Assembly: GCA_965218105.1 (NCBI GenBank) | Contig: OZ244585.1 | Coordinates: forward strand, 2,960,597 to 3,024,596 | Source: Pyrinomonadaceae bacterium | Lineage (GTDB): Bacteria; Acidobacteriota; Blastocatellia; Pyrinomonadales; Pyrinomonadaceae | Reading direction: 5' to 3' | DNA: 64,000 nucleotides | Part shown: in pieces, positions 49,881 to 58,533 of the stretch | Layout of the letters: the number at the start of each line of letters is the position of its first letter | How positions within the stretch are numbered: the first letter of the stretch is position 1 | Notes under the pieces: model-generated | Told to the model about the DNA's origin: nothing | The model's database searches: none | Seen by the model: the letters and a program-made list of their open reading frames with translations, nothing else | Position numbers and translations under genes: made by a program

Positions 49881-49904
49881 TTTGGGGTAAAAAACGGGGT
49901 AACG
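49881..49904. repeat. 24-bp island-internal direct repeat, left copy (possible arm-type integrase site)
   Basis: tttggggtaaaaaacggggtaacg, identical at 63722-63745. Contains an internal GGGGTAA duplication. Confidence 0.6.
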
Positions 49905-50005
49905 TTTTTTTTCATATAATACAGGAAAAATAAGGCTTTTGCGTGTTTTTAATAACTAGAACGGGTTGAAAAAAACTCGAATAAATTAAAAATGGAGCAA
50001 ACGCT

Positions 50006-51157
50006 ATGAGCAAAAAAATTAGAAAATACAAAGAAAGAGGCATTCGAGCCGAATTTTCGGCGGTCAATAATTTAGGAGTCAGAGAATACGAAGCAAAGAC
50101 TTTTAACGAACATAATACTCAAAAACGTAACGAGCGTTCGGCAAACGACTGGTTAAATAAAACAGCTAAAATTTTTCAGGCGAAAGGCACATTGCAAAAT
50201 GAAGACCTAACTTTTGCCGCTTATGTCGAAATGAAGAAAAAAACTCATTTGAAGGAAGCCGTCATCAATAACGGGAAACGAGTTTCGGGCTTAAAAGGCT
50301 TTGACGCACACGGAATATACTATTTGAATCCGTTAGTCGAAAAATTCGGGAAAGCGAAAATTCGGCTTATTACGGCGCACGAAATTGACGTTTATCGAAA
50401 TGAGAGATTAGACGATAAGAAAGATTCGGGAAAAACCTATAAAGGCACAACACGAACGATTGCGACTGTGAACCGTGAATTATCACTATTGAGAAAAATC
50501 TTTAATCTTGCGTTACAAGACAGAGTAATAAATTTTACGCCGAAATTCTCAATTTCGATGGCAGATGAAAATTCACGGGAACGAATTTTAGACTATGCCG
50601 AACAAGCAAGGTTAATAGAAGCATTCGACTATCGCAACAAACAAGGCAGACAAACCGTGTTGCATCTCAAACCAGTTATTATTTTCTTACTAGACACGGC
50701 TTGCAGATTCGGCGAAATGAAAAAATTGGAATGGAGGGATGTCAATTTTGACACCGGCATTATTACGCTTAGGGCATCGAATACCAAAACAGCCAAAGAA
50801 CGCATTATACCGATGTCGGAGCGTGTAAAGAGTGAGTTAAATAAATTATACGAATCAAAAATAAATGAATCGGTCTTTAACATCACGGAAGCTAGACGCG
50901 GTTGGAAAACACTCTGCAAAGCCGCCGACATTACCGGATGCCGCATCCACGATTTACGTCATACGGCAATCACTAATTTTGTTCGTTCGGGAATGCGAAC
51001 GGAGATAGCAATGGCAATTTCAGGTCATACCGAACTGCGAACTTTTCGCCGCTATTTGAACTTTATGAAAGATGATTTTATAAATGCTTTTGAAAGTTTC
51101 CAAACTCATTACATCGCACAGCAAACGCCCGAAATTGTCAGTGTGGCTAACAACTAA
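50006..51157 (+). CDS. int: Tyrosine recombinase/integrase
   Basis: TACRFGE (Arg), HDLRHT (HxxR), GHT, RRY (Tyr). 383 aa. Confidence 0.92.
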   Translation: MSKKIRKYKERGIRAEFSAVNNLGVREYEAKTFNEHNTQKRNERSANDWLNKTAKIFQAKGTLQNEDLTFAAYVEMKKKTHLKEAVINNGKRVSGLKGFDAHGIYYLNPLVEKFGKAKIRLITAHEIDVYRNERLDDKKDSGKTYKGTTRTIATVNRELSLLRKIFNLALQDRVINFTPKFSISMADENSRERILDYAEQARLIEAFDYRNKQGRQTVLHLKPVIIFLLDTACRFGEMKKLEWRDVNFDTGIITLRASNTKTAKERIIPMSERVKSELNKLYESKINESVFNITEARRGWKTLCKAADITGCRIHDLRHTAITNFVRSGMRTEIAMAISGHTELRTFRRYLNFMKDDFINAFESFQTHYIAQQTPEIVSVANN

Positions 51158-51182
51158 TCGTTTCCAGAGGGAAAACGTAGGG

Positions 51183-51216
51183 AAAGCCGTCTAAAAGGCA
51201 AAATGGACGGCTTTTA
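51183..51216 (+). terminator. Stem-loop terminator after int
   Basis: aaagccgtc ... gacggcttt followed by T. Confidence 0.6.
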
Positions 51217-51325
51217 ATAAGAGTTTTAATAACAGTTTTTGAAAATCTTTCACGCACCTATTTAATGCAAAGTAGCATCTGAAAAAACTTTTTATCAAAA
51301 CGACTATTACAAATAAAGTAACAAC

Positions 51326-51547
51326 TTGTCAGAGGCAAAACCAATTATGTTTGATGATACTGGAATCGTAGAATACGAAATCGAAAGGGAAAAGTGGAAC
51401 GACCAACCCGAAACGAACTTTGATGCAATTCAAACAAAGTCAGGTTACGGCGGATGCGGATGTTTGAGTTTGAAGGCTTTTTTATTATTTTTTGCCGGAA
51501 TGATGCTTTTCCGTCTGTTCGGCGACGTGCTAAAATTTATTTTTTAG
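51326..51547 (+). CDS. Small protein with a C-terminal TM helix
   Basis: 73-aa ORF (possibly starting at the internal ATG). Hydrophobic tail LKAFLLFFAGMMLFRLF. Confidence 0.4.
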   Translation: MSEAKPIMFDDTGIVEYEIEREKWNDQPETNFDAIQTKSGYGGCGCLSLKAFLLFFAGMMLFRLFGDVLKFIF

Positions 51548-51627
51548 CAATATTGTTTGTATCTGACATTGGAATTTTTTATTGTAAATTTAAGTATTAA
51601 ATATTAGCTTCAACCCAAGATAAAGTT

Positions 51628-52833
51628 ATGGATAAACTCTCATTTTCTCTACCAAAATATGATTTTGCTTTTAACAATTTTTATAACGATTTATACGATG
51701 ACCTACATTTACAAGATGAACTTTTGAGAAGATTTCCGCCTAAGTTAATGGCTCATTCTGGAACAACCAGATGGCTTAGTAAGCCCGATGTTTTAGAAGC
51801 CCCTTATAGACAACATAAGAATACTACAAGCGGTGAAATTGAAATTATTACTAAAACCGATGCCCTTAAATTTAAGGAGTTTTTACAGAATTTGATAATT
51901 CCTATAAGAGATAAGGTTAAAGAACACACAATAGAAAATATTAACCAAACCTGTGAGATGACGGGAAATAAAGTAGATGCCGTAAATCAAAATGTTTGGG
52001 ATGCTTATATCGAAGCCATTGAAAAAATGAAAATGGTTTTCGATGAAGATGGCAATCCGAATTTTTTGATTCATCCGCCGGAGTTTTACGAAAAACTTTC
52101 AAAAACCGACCCAACAGTTGACCAGAGAAATAAAATTGGAAAAATCTTTGGGAGAAAGAGAGAAGAATATATTTTAAGAAAAGGTTCTCGAAAATTAACC
52201 AAATCAAATCGCAAATCCAGACAAGTAGTTTCTGAATTAAATGTTGATGTTAGTTCCCTTAAATTTAATTTATCTTTACCTCAATATGAATTGGCAATAA
52301 CTCAACTACTTAGAGATGTAAATAATGGATATGAACAATTAGATCCTATTTTAAGTCAAGTCCAGAAAGTCCCCGTAGCTCACGATGGCTTTACTCGTCA
52401 GGTGAGCGAACCTACTATTCTTGAAACCCCAATGAAAGATTATTTAGTAGATACTTCAATAAAGTTAGATTGTTTCCGTAATACAGATACCGAATATTTT
52501 CGGGATTTTCTTTGGAAAATGCTAGAAGAAATTAATGGTGAAGTAAAAAAGCATATATTTGAGACGATTTCTCAGACTTGCGATGCTACTGGAAATAGTG
52601 TTGACGCAGAAGGAAAAAACTTTTGGGATTCCTACAATGAAATGTTAGAAACTGCTGATATGCGTTTTGATGAAAACGGAAACCATAATTATAAAATTTA
52701 TATCCACCCCGACAGGCGCAAAGATATTGAGGCTAATCCACCATCAGAAAAACAATTAACAAAAAGTAAAGAAATTATCGAAAGGAAGAAGCAAACTTAT
52801 TATGCTCAGAAACGCACTCGAAGATTATCTTAA
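51628..52833 (+). CDS. Unknown protein made of two homologous halves of about 190 aa (cargo gene A)
   Basis: 401 aa. Residues 4-190 and 210-400 align, for example INQTCEMTGNKVDA/ISQTCDATGNSVDA. No family recognised. Confidence 0.7.
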   Translation: MDKLSFSLPKYDFAFNNFYNDLYDDLHLQDELLRRFPPKLMAHSGTTRWLSKPDVLEAPYRQHKNTTSGEIEIITKTDALKFKEFLQNLIIPIRDKVKEHTIENINQTCEMTGNKVDAVNQNVWDAYIEAIEKMKMVFDEDGNPNFLIHPPEFYEKLSKTDPTVDQRNKIGKIFGRKREEYILRKGSRKLTKSNRKSRQVVSELNVDVSSLKFNLSLPQYELAITQLLRDVNNGYEQLDPILSQVQKVPVAHDGFTRQVSEPTILETPMKDYLVDTSIKLDCFRNTDTEYFRDFLWKMLEEINGEVKKHIFETISQTCDATGNSVDAEGKNFWDSYNEMLETADMRFDENGNHNYKIYIHPDRRKDIEANPPSEKQLTKSKEIIERKKQTYYAQKRTRRLS

Positions 52834-54415
52834 CTCAATAATTGAAAGAGATTTCGATTATCCACTTACTTCGCTTTTACAAGCTAAGGGATTTTACGAC
52901 ATTCATTTTACTCACGGTAGAAATGAAATTGGAAAGGACTTTATAGCAAAAAAACTCGAAAATGGAATTGAATATCAGTATGCAATTCAATCTAAAAGGG
53001 GAAATATAGGTCAGCCAGACCTTGACAAAATACAAGGTCAATTACTATTAGCCTCAATTTCTGGATTGTCCCATCCGCAATTTAATAAAAGTCTGGAACG
53101 CCGAGTTATATTAGTAACAACTGGAAGGCTTATTGGGAATGCTCCAATAATTCTTCAAGATTTTAATGATGTATTAGAAAATGAATATCAAAAAAATGGA
53201 ATTGAATTTTGGGGACAGGAGCGACTTATTCAAGATGCAGACGAATTTGGTTTTTCGGGCATACATCAAAATACTGCCAGAGAATTAAAAGGAATCAGTC
53301 AGTTTTACCTAACATACAGCAAAGCTATTGAGGGTAATTTATCCGACAGAGAAATTGAAGAATTTTCACAGCTTTGGTTAGATGAAAAATTAGATTATAA
53401 GAAAAGAATTTTTAGAGCATCAATAGAAGCAGAAATCATTGCGTCTAAACTTATTGAAGGTGAACAACTCTATGAAGCAATGATAACGTATTTAAGTCTT
53501 GCTAGAGTTGTAATGCAAGTAACTTACGAAACCGATGATAATTTTGTTATTGAAATTTATAAAGAAATTCTAAATGAGAAAATCCTTACATTTTGTAGAA
53601 AATTCATCAATCAAATAAAAACAGAATGGGAACAGGTTGGGCGTTCATTATTACACCTCTGTTTAAGACATAGTTCTTTTCCTATGCTTCATTATATTAT
53701 TTGGTGTGTGAGGGTATCTGAAATAGCTTCTCTAAACTATTTTCTAACTCAAGATGAATCCGAAAAAAATGAGGTTATAGAATTTATAAAGAGTTTTAGT
53801 GAAACGGAAGAAGGTTTCGGGCATCTTCCAAGTGATAGATATGCAGTTTCTTTGGTTTGGATAATACTTGCTTTACTGCAATCTGATAAGCGAGAAGAAG
53901 CAATTGAAATAGTAAGGGAAAGCGCAATATGGCTTTTTGACCGTGTTGAAAATGGGTTTGGATTAGCTCGTTATGAAGCAGACGAACAAACAGAAACTAA
54001 CACTTTACTCGGTTATCCTTTTGACTTTGTAAATGTTCAAAAAAATACAAGTTCTTTCCTTGCTACAATTCTTGCTGACCTCGCCGCTTTTATTGGCGAC
54101 AAAGAATTTTACAGCGATATTATAAATGATATTCAGGCTTGTGAAATTTCATACAACTATTGGCAATTTCCAGATACAAGAGCAATTTTCACAATTTTGA
54201 CGGAAGAGTGTAGAAACTTTTCAAATATTCCACATCAAGATTCAATAAACAATTTCGATGATTTTGAATATGCCTCACATTTAAAAGATGAGCCAAAATC
54301 ATTTCAAATTACTGATAAAGTAGGAAACGAAAGTCTGATTTTGTTATCTGTCTTACTCAAAGATAGATATTTTCCTACAATGTGGAAACAAATAATTTCA
54401 AGCAAAAGAATTTAA
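52802..54415 (+). CDS. Mrr-cat-like PD-(D/E)xK nuclease domain fused to an unknown helical domain of about 380 aa (cargo gene B)
   Basis: FDYPLTSLLQAKGF..GRNEIGKDFIAKK..YAIQSKRGNIG..VILVTTGRL matches the Mrr catalytic-domain pattern. Overlaps gene A by 32 nt. Confidence 0.72.
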   Translation: MLRNALEDYLNSIIERDFDYPLTSLLQAKGFYDIHFTHGRNEIGKDFIAKKLENGIEYQYAIQSKRGNIGQPDLDKIQGQLLLASISGLSHPQFNKSLERRVILVTTGRLIGNAPIILQDFNDVLENEYQKNGIEFWGQERLIQDADEFGFSGIHQNTARELKGISQFYLTYSKAIEGNLSDREIEEFSQLWLDEKLDYKKRIFRASIEAEIIASKLIEGEQLYEAMITYLSLARVVMQVTYETDDNFVIEIYKEILNEKILTFCRKFINQIKTEWEQVGRSLLHLCLRHSSFPMLHYIIWCVRVSEIASLNYFLTQDESEKNEVIEFIKSFSETEEGFGHLPSDRYAVSLVWIILALLQSDKREEAIEIVRESAIWLFDRVENGFGLARYEADEQTETNTLLGYPFDFVNVQKNTSSFLATILADLAAFIGDKEFYSDIINDIQACEISYNYWQFPDTRAIFTILTEECRNFSNIPHQDSINNFDDFEYASHLKDEPKSFQITDKVGNESLILLSVLLKDRYFPTMWKQIISSKRI

Positions 54416-54665
54416 TTTTGTTAAATTTATTGGATTACATTCTATATTGCTCTCTCATATCTCTATAACTCTGCTCATCCATTCCTGATTTGAGTTCTGG
54501 AAACTTGTTTGTTTCATAGAATTGGTTTTCACCCATTTTGCAAATACTTGAGTATTCATTACCTTTAATATCTTTATAAGAGGCTGCAATCATTTCCCCT
54601 TTTATCATAAACGGTAATTCGACTATTCCATTGGAGGCAATAGGATAAAAAGAAATTTGAGTTCC

Positions 54666-54917
54666 CTACTTATCATCTGAATCTTTGAGGGAAAATATAA
54701 TTGACATTGCAACGCCTTGACCGACGTTTTTAATTTGCCACGTTTCTGTTCTTATCCGAGAGAAAACTAACACAGGCATAATACTGGCTTTCTGCGTTTT
54801 GTAAAAAGAATAATACGAAAAGCCGAATGCAAAAAGAGACACAATCAAAGACAAAAGTGCAATTGATAATTCCATAATCAAACTTAATATGGAGTTAATT
54901 ATATTGGAAATCATCAA
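54666..54917 (-). CDS. Small 2-TM membrane protein
   Basis: 83 aa with two hydrophobic helices. The same frame reopens immediately after its TAG stop. Confidence 0.5.
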   Translation of the reverse strand: MMISNIINSILSLIMELSIALLSLIVSLFAFGFSYYSFYKTQKASIMPVLVFSRIRTETWQIKNVGQGVAMSIIFSLKDSDDK

Positions 54918-55203
54918 CTTTGTCGAGATTCTGACAAAGCCGTTTCACCGGCATTTACTATTTCTATCAGAAGAGATTTTATATGTAAATGGTTTTTCAA
55001 TTGAGAGTTTCAAGAATTTTTAGGTCTTCATTATTAAAGACAGTAACGATTTTAAGATTTTCATAATTTAATTTTGTTTTTACGAATTTAACGAACTTAT
55101 TGTAAAGTATTTAATAACAATTCAGAAACGGTTTTTATAAACTTAGTAACTCAATCTGAGCGATTACGAATGAAGTATTCGTAAAACATAATAAAGTAAA
55201 AAA

Positions 55204-57435
55204 ATGGACAAATTATTTTCAGACTTTGATTTTTCATCACTCGATTCACCCGATTTCAAAGAAGATTCGGTTCGAGAAGATTTGATAATGCCGATTCTTA
55301 AAGAACTCGGTTATTCATCACAGAGCGAAAATAAAATAATTCGTAGTAAATCTGTTCGGCATAAATTAGTTCAAACAGGTTCGGGCAAACACAAATTAAA
55401 TAGTATTCCAGATTATTTATTAGAAGTCGGCGGAAAATACGTTTGGGTATTGGACGCAAAAGCACCGAACGAAGACATAAAGACCGGAAAGAATGTTGAA
55501 CAAACTTATTTTTATGCGATACATTCGGAAATTCGAGTAGAGTTTTATGCTGTTTGCAATGGTAGGGAATTTATTCTTTTTCACATTAGCCAACCCGAAG
55601 CCGTTCTTTATTTTTCACTTCCTGAAATCGAAAAACACTGGCACGAATTAGAAAAACATCTTTCGCCGAGTGCTTTTGATAAGTCGCAAAATAAATTTGA
55701 AAGAACCAATGCAGAAATTGAATTTGACTACCTTTCTAAAAATGTTCTGAATGAAATTAAAAGTATTAAAAAACAATCTTCAAAAAGACATTTCGGAGTT
55801 CACGGTTATTTTACAAAACAGGCATTTCAAATTCTTCAAAAATATATTGAAAATTTCACGAAGCCAAACGATTTAGTTCTCGACCCATTCGGCGGAACGG
55901 GTGTAACACTAATTGAATCTTTGATACTTGGAAGAAGGGCAATTCATATTGACTTAAATCCTTTATCAGTATTTTGGGTAAGAACTTTGATTGAGCCTGT
56001 AAATTTTGAAAGCATCTTTAATGAATTTGACAGAATAAAAAATGAGTTCAACTCGAATAAACCGACAACTAAAATTGCTATTGAAAGATTTCTTGAAAAA
56101 TATCCGTTTCCAAGCGGAATAAAACTTCCGAAAACATCAGATGTTGACACAATAGAGAAATTGTTTAGTAGAATTCAGTTATCACACTTGGCATATCTCA
56201 AGCACTTGATTTTACAAGTTAAGGATAAAAAAGTTAGAAACCAATTATTACTTGCGTTTTCCAGTTCTCTTAATAAATTTAATTTAACTTTTCATTATAC
56301 AAAATCAGACGGTGGCGGCGATTCTGCTGTGTTTCGTTACTATCGTTATCGAATTGCGCCAAGTCCGGGCATTTTGGATTTAATGAATATCTTTGAAACA
56401 AAACTAAAGAGGCTGATTTCGGCAAAAAAAGAAATCTTACCTTTAATAAACACAAAAACAATTCAGAACTCACAAATTGAAAAAGGCACAGCAACGAACC
56501 TAGATAAAATAGAAAATGAATCCGTAGATTATATTTATACAGACCCACCCTATGGAAAGAAAATTCAATATCTCGACCTTTCGATTATGTGGAATTCTTG
56601 GCTTGATTTTGAAGTTTCCGAAGCAGATTACGAATTAGAAGCTATTGAAGGCGGCGAACACAAAAAGACAAAAAATGACTATTCAAATTTAATTGCCGAA
56701 TCAATTAAAGAAATGTATAGAGTTTTGAAATTTGACCGTTGGATGTCGTTTGTTTTTCAACATCAAGACCCTGCATACTGGCATTTAATTGTAGATACGG
56801 CGGAAAAAGTCGGTTTTGAATATGCGGGAGCAGTCAAACAAAACAACGGGCAATCAAGTTTCAAGAAAAGACAGAATCCTTTCACAGTTCTTTCCGGTCA
56901 ACTAATTATCAACTTCAAAAAAGTTCGTAACCCAAAATCAATTATGAAAGCAGATTTAGGGGCAGACATCACCGATTTAATTACTCAGTCAATCGAAGGT
57001 ATAATTGCTAAAAACAACGGCGCAACGGTTGATGATATTAACAATGAATTGATTATTAGAGGCTTAGAACTTGGCTTCTTAGATGTTTTGAGTAAAAATT
57101 ATGCAGATATTACACCATTTTTATTAGCTAACTTTGATTATCACGAAGACACACAAACCTATCACCTAAAGAAAAATACAAAATTTAAGGCACATATCCC
57201 GGTTGAAGTGAGAATAAAATATTATGTTGTTTCGATGATGCGGAGACTAGCAAGACAAAATGAATATCCGAGTTTTGATGATATAATTTTAGAAATTATG
57301 CCGCTTTTGCGTAATGGTATAACACCCGAACATCAAACAATTCTCACAGTTTTAGAAGACATTGCAATTCAAGTCGGCGGCGACCAATGGAAATTAAAAG
57401 AATCAGGTCAGGGAAATTTATTTGACTTAGTATAA
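55204..57435 (+). CDS. HsdR_N-type PD-DxK nuclease fold fused to a DNA (N6-A/N4-C) methyltransferase (cargo gene C)
   Basis: IPDYLLEV..VWVLDAKAP (residues 68-88), LVLDPFGGTGVT (AdoMet motif I, residues 224-235), IYTDPPYG (motif IV, residues 445-451). 743 aa. Confidence 0.82.
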   Translation: MDKLFSDFDFSSLDSPDFKEDSVREDLIMPILKELGYSSQSENKIIRSKSVRHKLVQTGSGKHKLNSIPDYLLEVGGKYVWVLDAKAPNEDIKTGKNVEQTYFYAIHSEIRVEFYAVCNGREFILFHISQPEAVLYFSLPEIEKHWHELEKHLSPSAFDKSQNKFERTNAEIEFDYLSKNVLNEIKSIKKQSSKRHFGVHGYFTKQAFQILQKYIENFTKPNDLVLDPFGGTGVTLIESLILGRRAIHIDLNPLSVFWVRTLIEPVNFESIFNEFDRIKNEFNSNKPTTKIAIERFLEKYPFPSGIKLPKTSDVDTIEKLFSRIQLSHLAYLKHLILQVKDKKVRNQLLLAFSSSLNKFNLTFHYTKSDGGGDSAVFRYYRYRIAPSPGILDLMNIFETKLKRLISAKKEILPLINTKTIQNSQIEKGTATNLDKIENESVDYIYTDPPYGKKIQYLDLSIMWNSWLDFEVSEADYELEAIEGGEHKKTKNDYSNLIAESIKEMYRVLKFDRWMSFVFQHQDPAYWHLIVDTAEKVGFEYAGAVKQNNGQSSFKKRQNPFTVLSGQLIINFKKVRNPKSIMKADLGADITDLITQSIEGIIAKNNGATVDDINNELIIRGLELGFLDVLSKNYADITPFLLANFDYHEDTQTYHLKKNTKFKAHIPVEVRIKYYVVSMMRRLARQNEYPSFDDIILEIMPLLRNGITPEHQTILTVLEDIAIQVGGDQWKLKESGQGNLFDLV

Positions 57436-57585
57436 AATCTTGAAAGTATAAATTTACTAGAGGTTTCGTGATATTGGAGCTTTTAACTTTGTCGGATTAG
57501 ATGAAAATTTTTGGCTTTGTGTCTAAAGTCGATTTTGAAACGGACTTTTGAGATTGGTTAAGCAAGTTTTGAAAAAAACAAAAAT

Positions 57586-57643
57586 AAATGGAGGGGCAAC
57601 TGCCCTCCATTTAAATAAACGGAGGGCAGTTGCCCCTCCATTT
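57586..57643. terminator. Nested-palindrome bidirectional terminator
   Basis: aaatggaggggcaactgccctccattt aaat aaacggagggcagttgcccctccattt. Each arm is itself near-palindromic. Confidence 0.7.
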
Positions 57644-57783
57644 ATAGGTTAAGTTGCTAACTATATTAACCCGTTCGGTTTTCTGTGAAATCTCTTGACA
57701 AACAAAAAGCAAACAATTAACATCTAAGTATTGTCCGAAGATGTTATTTCTAACATCTTCGGGATTACCGTGAAGTTATTTAT

Positions 57784-57942
57784 CTAAGGATTTTTATCAA
57801 AAAACTTGTTAAGGTTGTCTAGAGCCATAGCAAGTTTTTTTTCTTGATGCTTCTTTTTAGAAAAGTGAATTACTTCAAACACCAAGAAAGTGAATCCAAA
57901 TCCGTAGTAAACGAAAGCGGCAATGATATGGATATATTCCAT
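57784..57942 (-). CDS. Small membrane protein (52 aa), not in the ORF track
   Basis: My own translation is MEYIHIIAAFVYYGFGFTFLVFEVIHFSKKKHQEKKLAMALDNLNKFFDKNP. GGAGGT lies 8 nt upstream of the ATG. Confidence 0.45.
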   Translation of the reverse strand: MEYIHIIAAFVYYGFGFTFLVFEVIHFSKKKHQEKKLAMALDNLNKFFDKNP

Positions 57943-58260
57943 TATTTTACCTCCGCATTTAGTGCGATTTGTAGCTCACAGAACAACGGGACAATCCCAT
58001 TGCCCCGAACATTCATTATATTAAATGAAATTTTTAAGATGTGCAAAATAAGAGGTAATTATAAATAAAAACAGTGCATTGAAATGTTTGCTAACCTTTC
58101 GGCAGATGCTTTTTCCTAAAACCTTTAGATTTCACTCAATAAAATTACTTCAAAACTAAATTATGAAAACTTCAATTCTTAAAATACTTTTCGTGTGTTT
58201 ATTTGTGTCTAGTGCAAGTTACGGACAAAAATCTTTGTATTCAAATTATTCCATTACAGT

Positions 58261-58533
58261 TCAATAATCCGATAATCCTTTTACCATTCGGCTTGTCGGT
58301 AAATCCGACAATTTATCCGGCAAATTAGATAGTAAGTCATCTATTAAATTTGGAGATTCAAAATTATTAACAGCCTCGCAAAACAGGCAGGCGAAGCGGC
58401 AAAAATTAAATATAGCTACGTTATTTATTATTAAAATCTGCGAATCAAGACAAACTTTTCCCAAAAATTTATGGCATTTTTTGCACTTGAAATTGTAATC
58501 CCGAAATCGTAAAGGTTTGTCGTAATTGTCCAT
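58261..58533 (-). CDS. Small zinc-ribbon protein
   Basis: KCKKCHKF ... CLFCEAV cysteine pairs. 90 aa. Confidence 0.5.
   Translation of the reverse strand: MDNYDKPLRFRDYNFKCKKCHKFLGKVCLDSQILIINNVAIFNFCRFACLFCEAVNNFESPNLIDDLLSNLPDKLSDLPTSRMVKGLSDY

Noticed and set aside
57844-58068. 74-aa plus-strand ORF
   Set aside because: It has no RBS. The opposite strand has a 52-aa membrane ORF with a strong GGAGGT, and the remainder looks non-coding.
58163-58267. 34-aa plus-strand ORF (MKTSILKILFVCLFVSSASYGQ...) resembling a bare signal peptide
   Set aside because: It is probably a remnant or a chance ORF. It is too short to call and overlaps the end of the Zn-ribbon gene.
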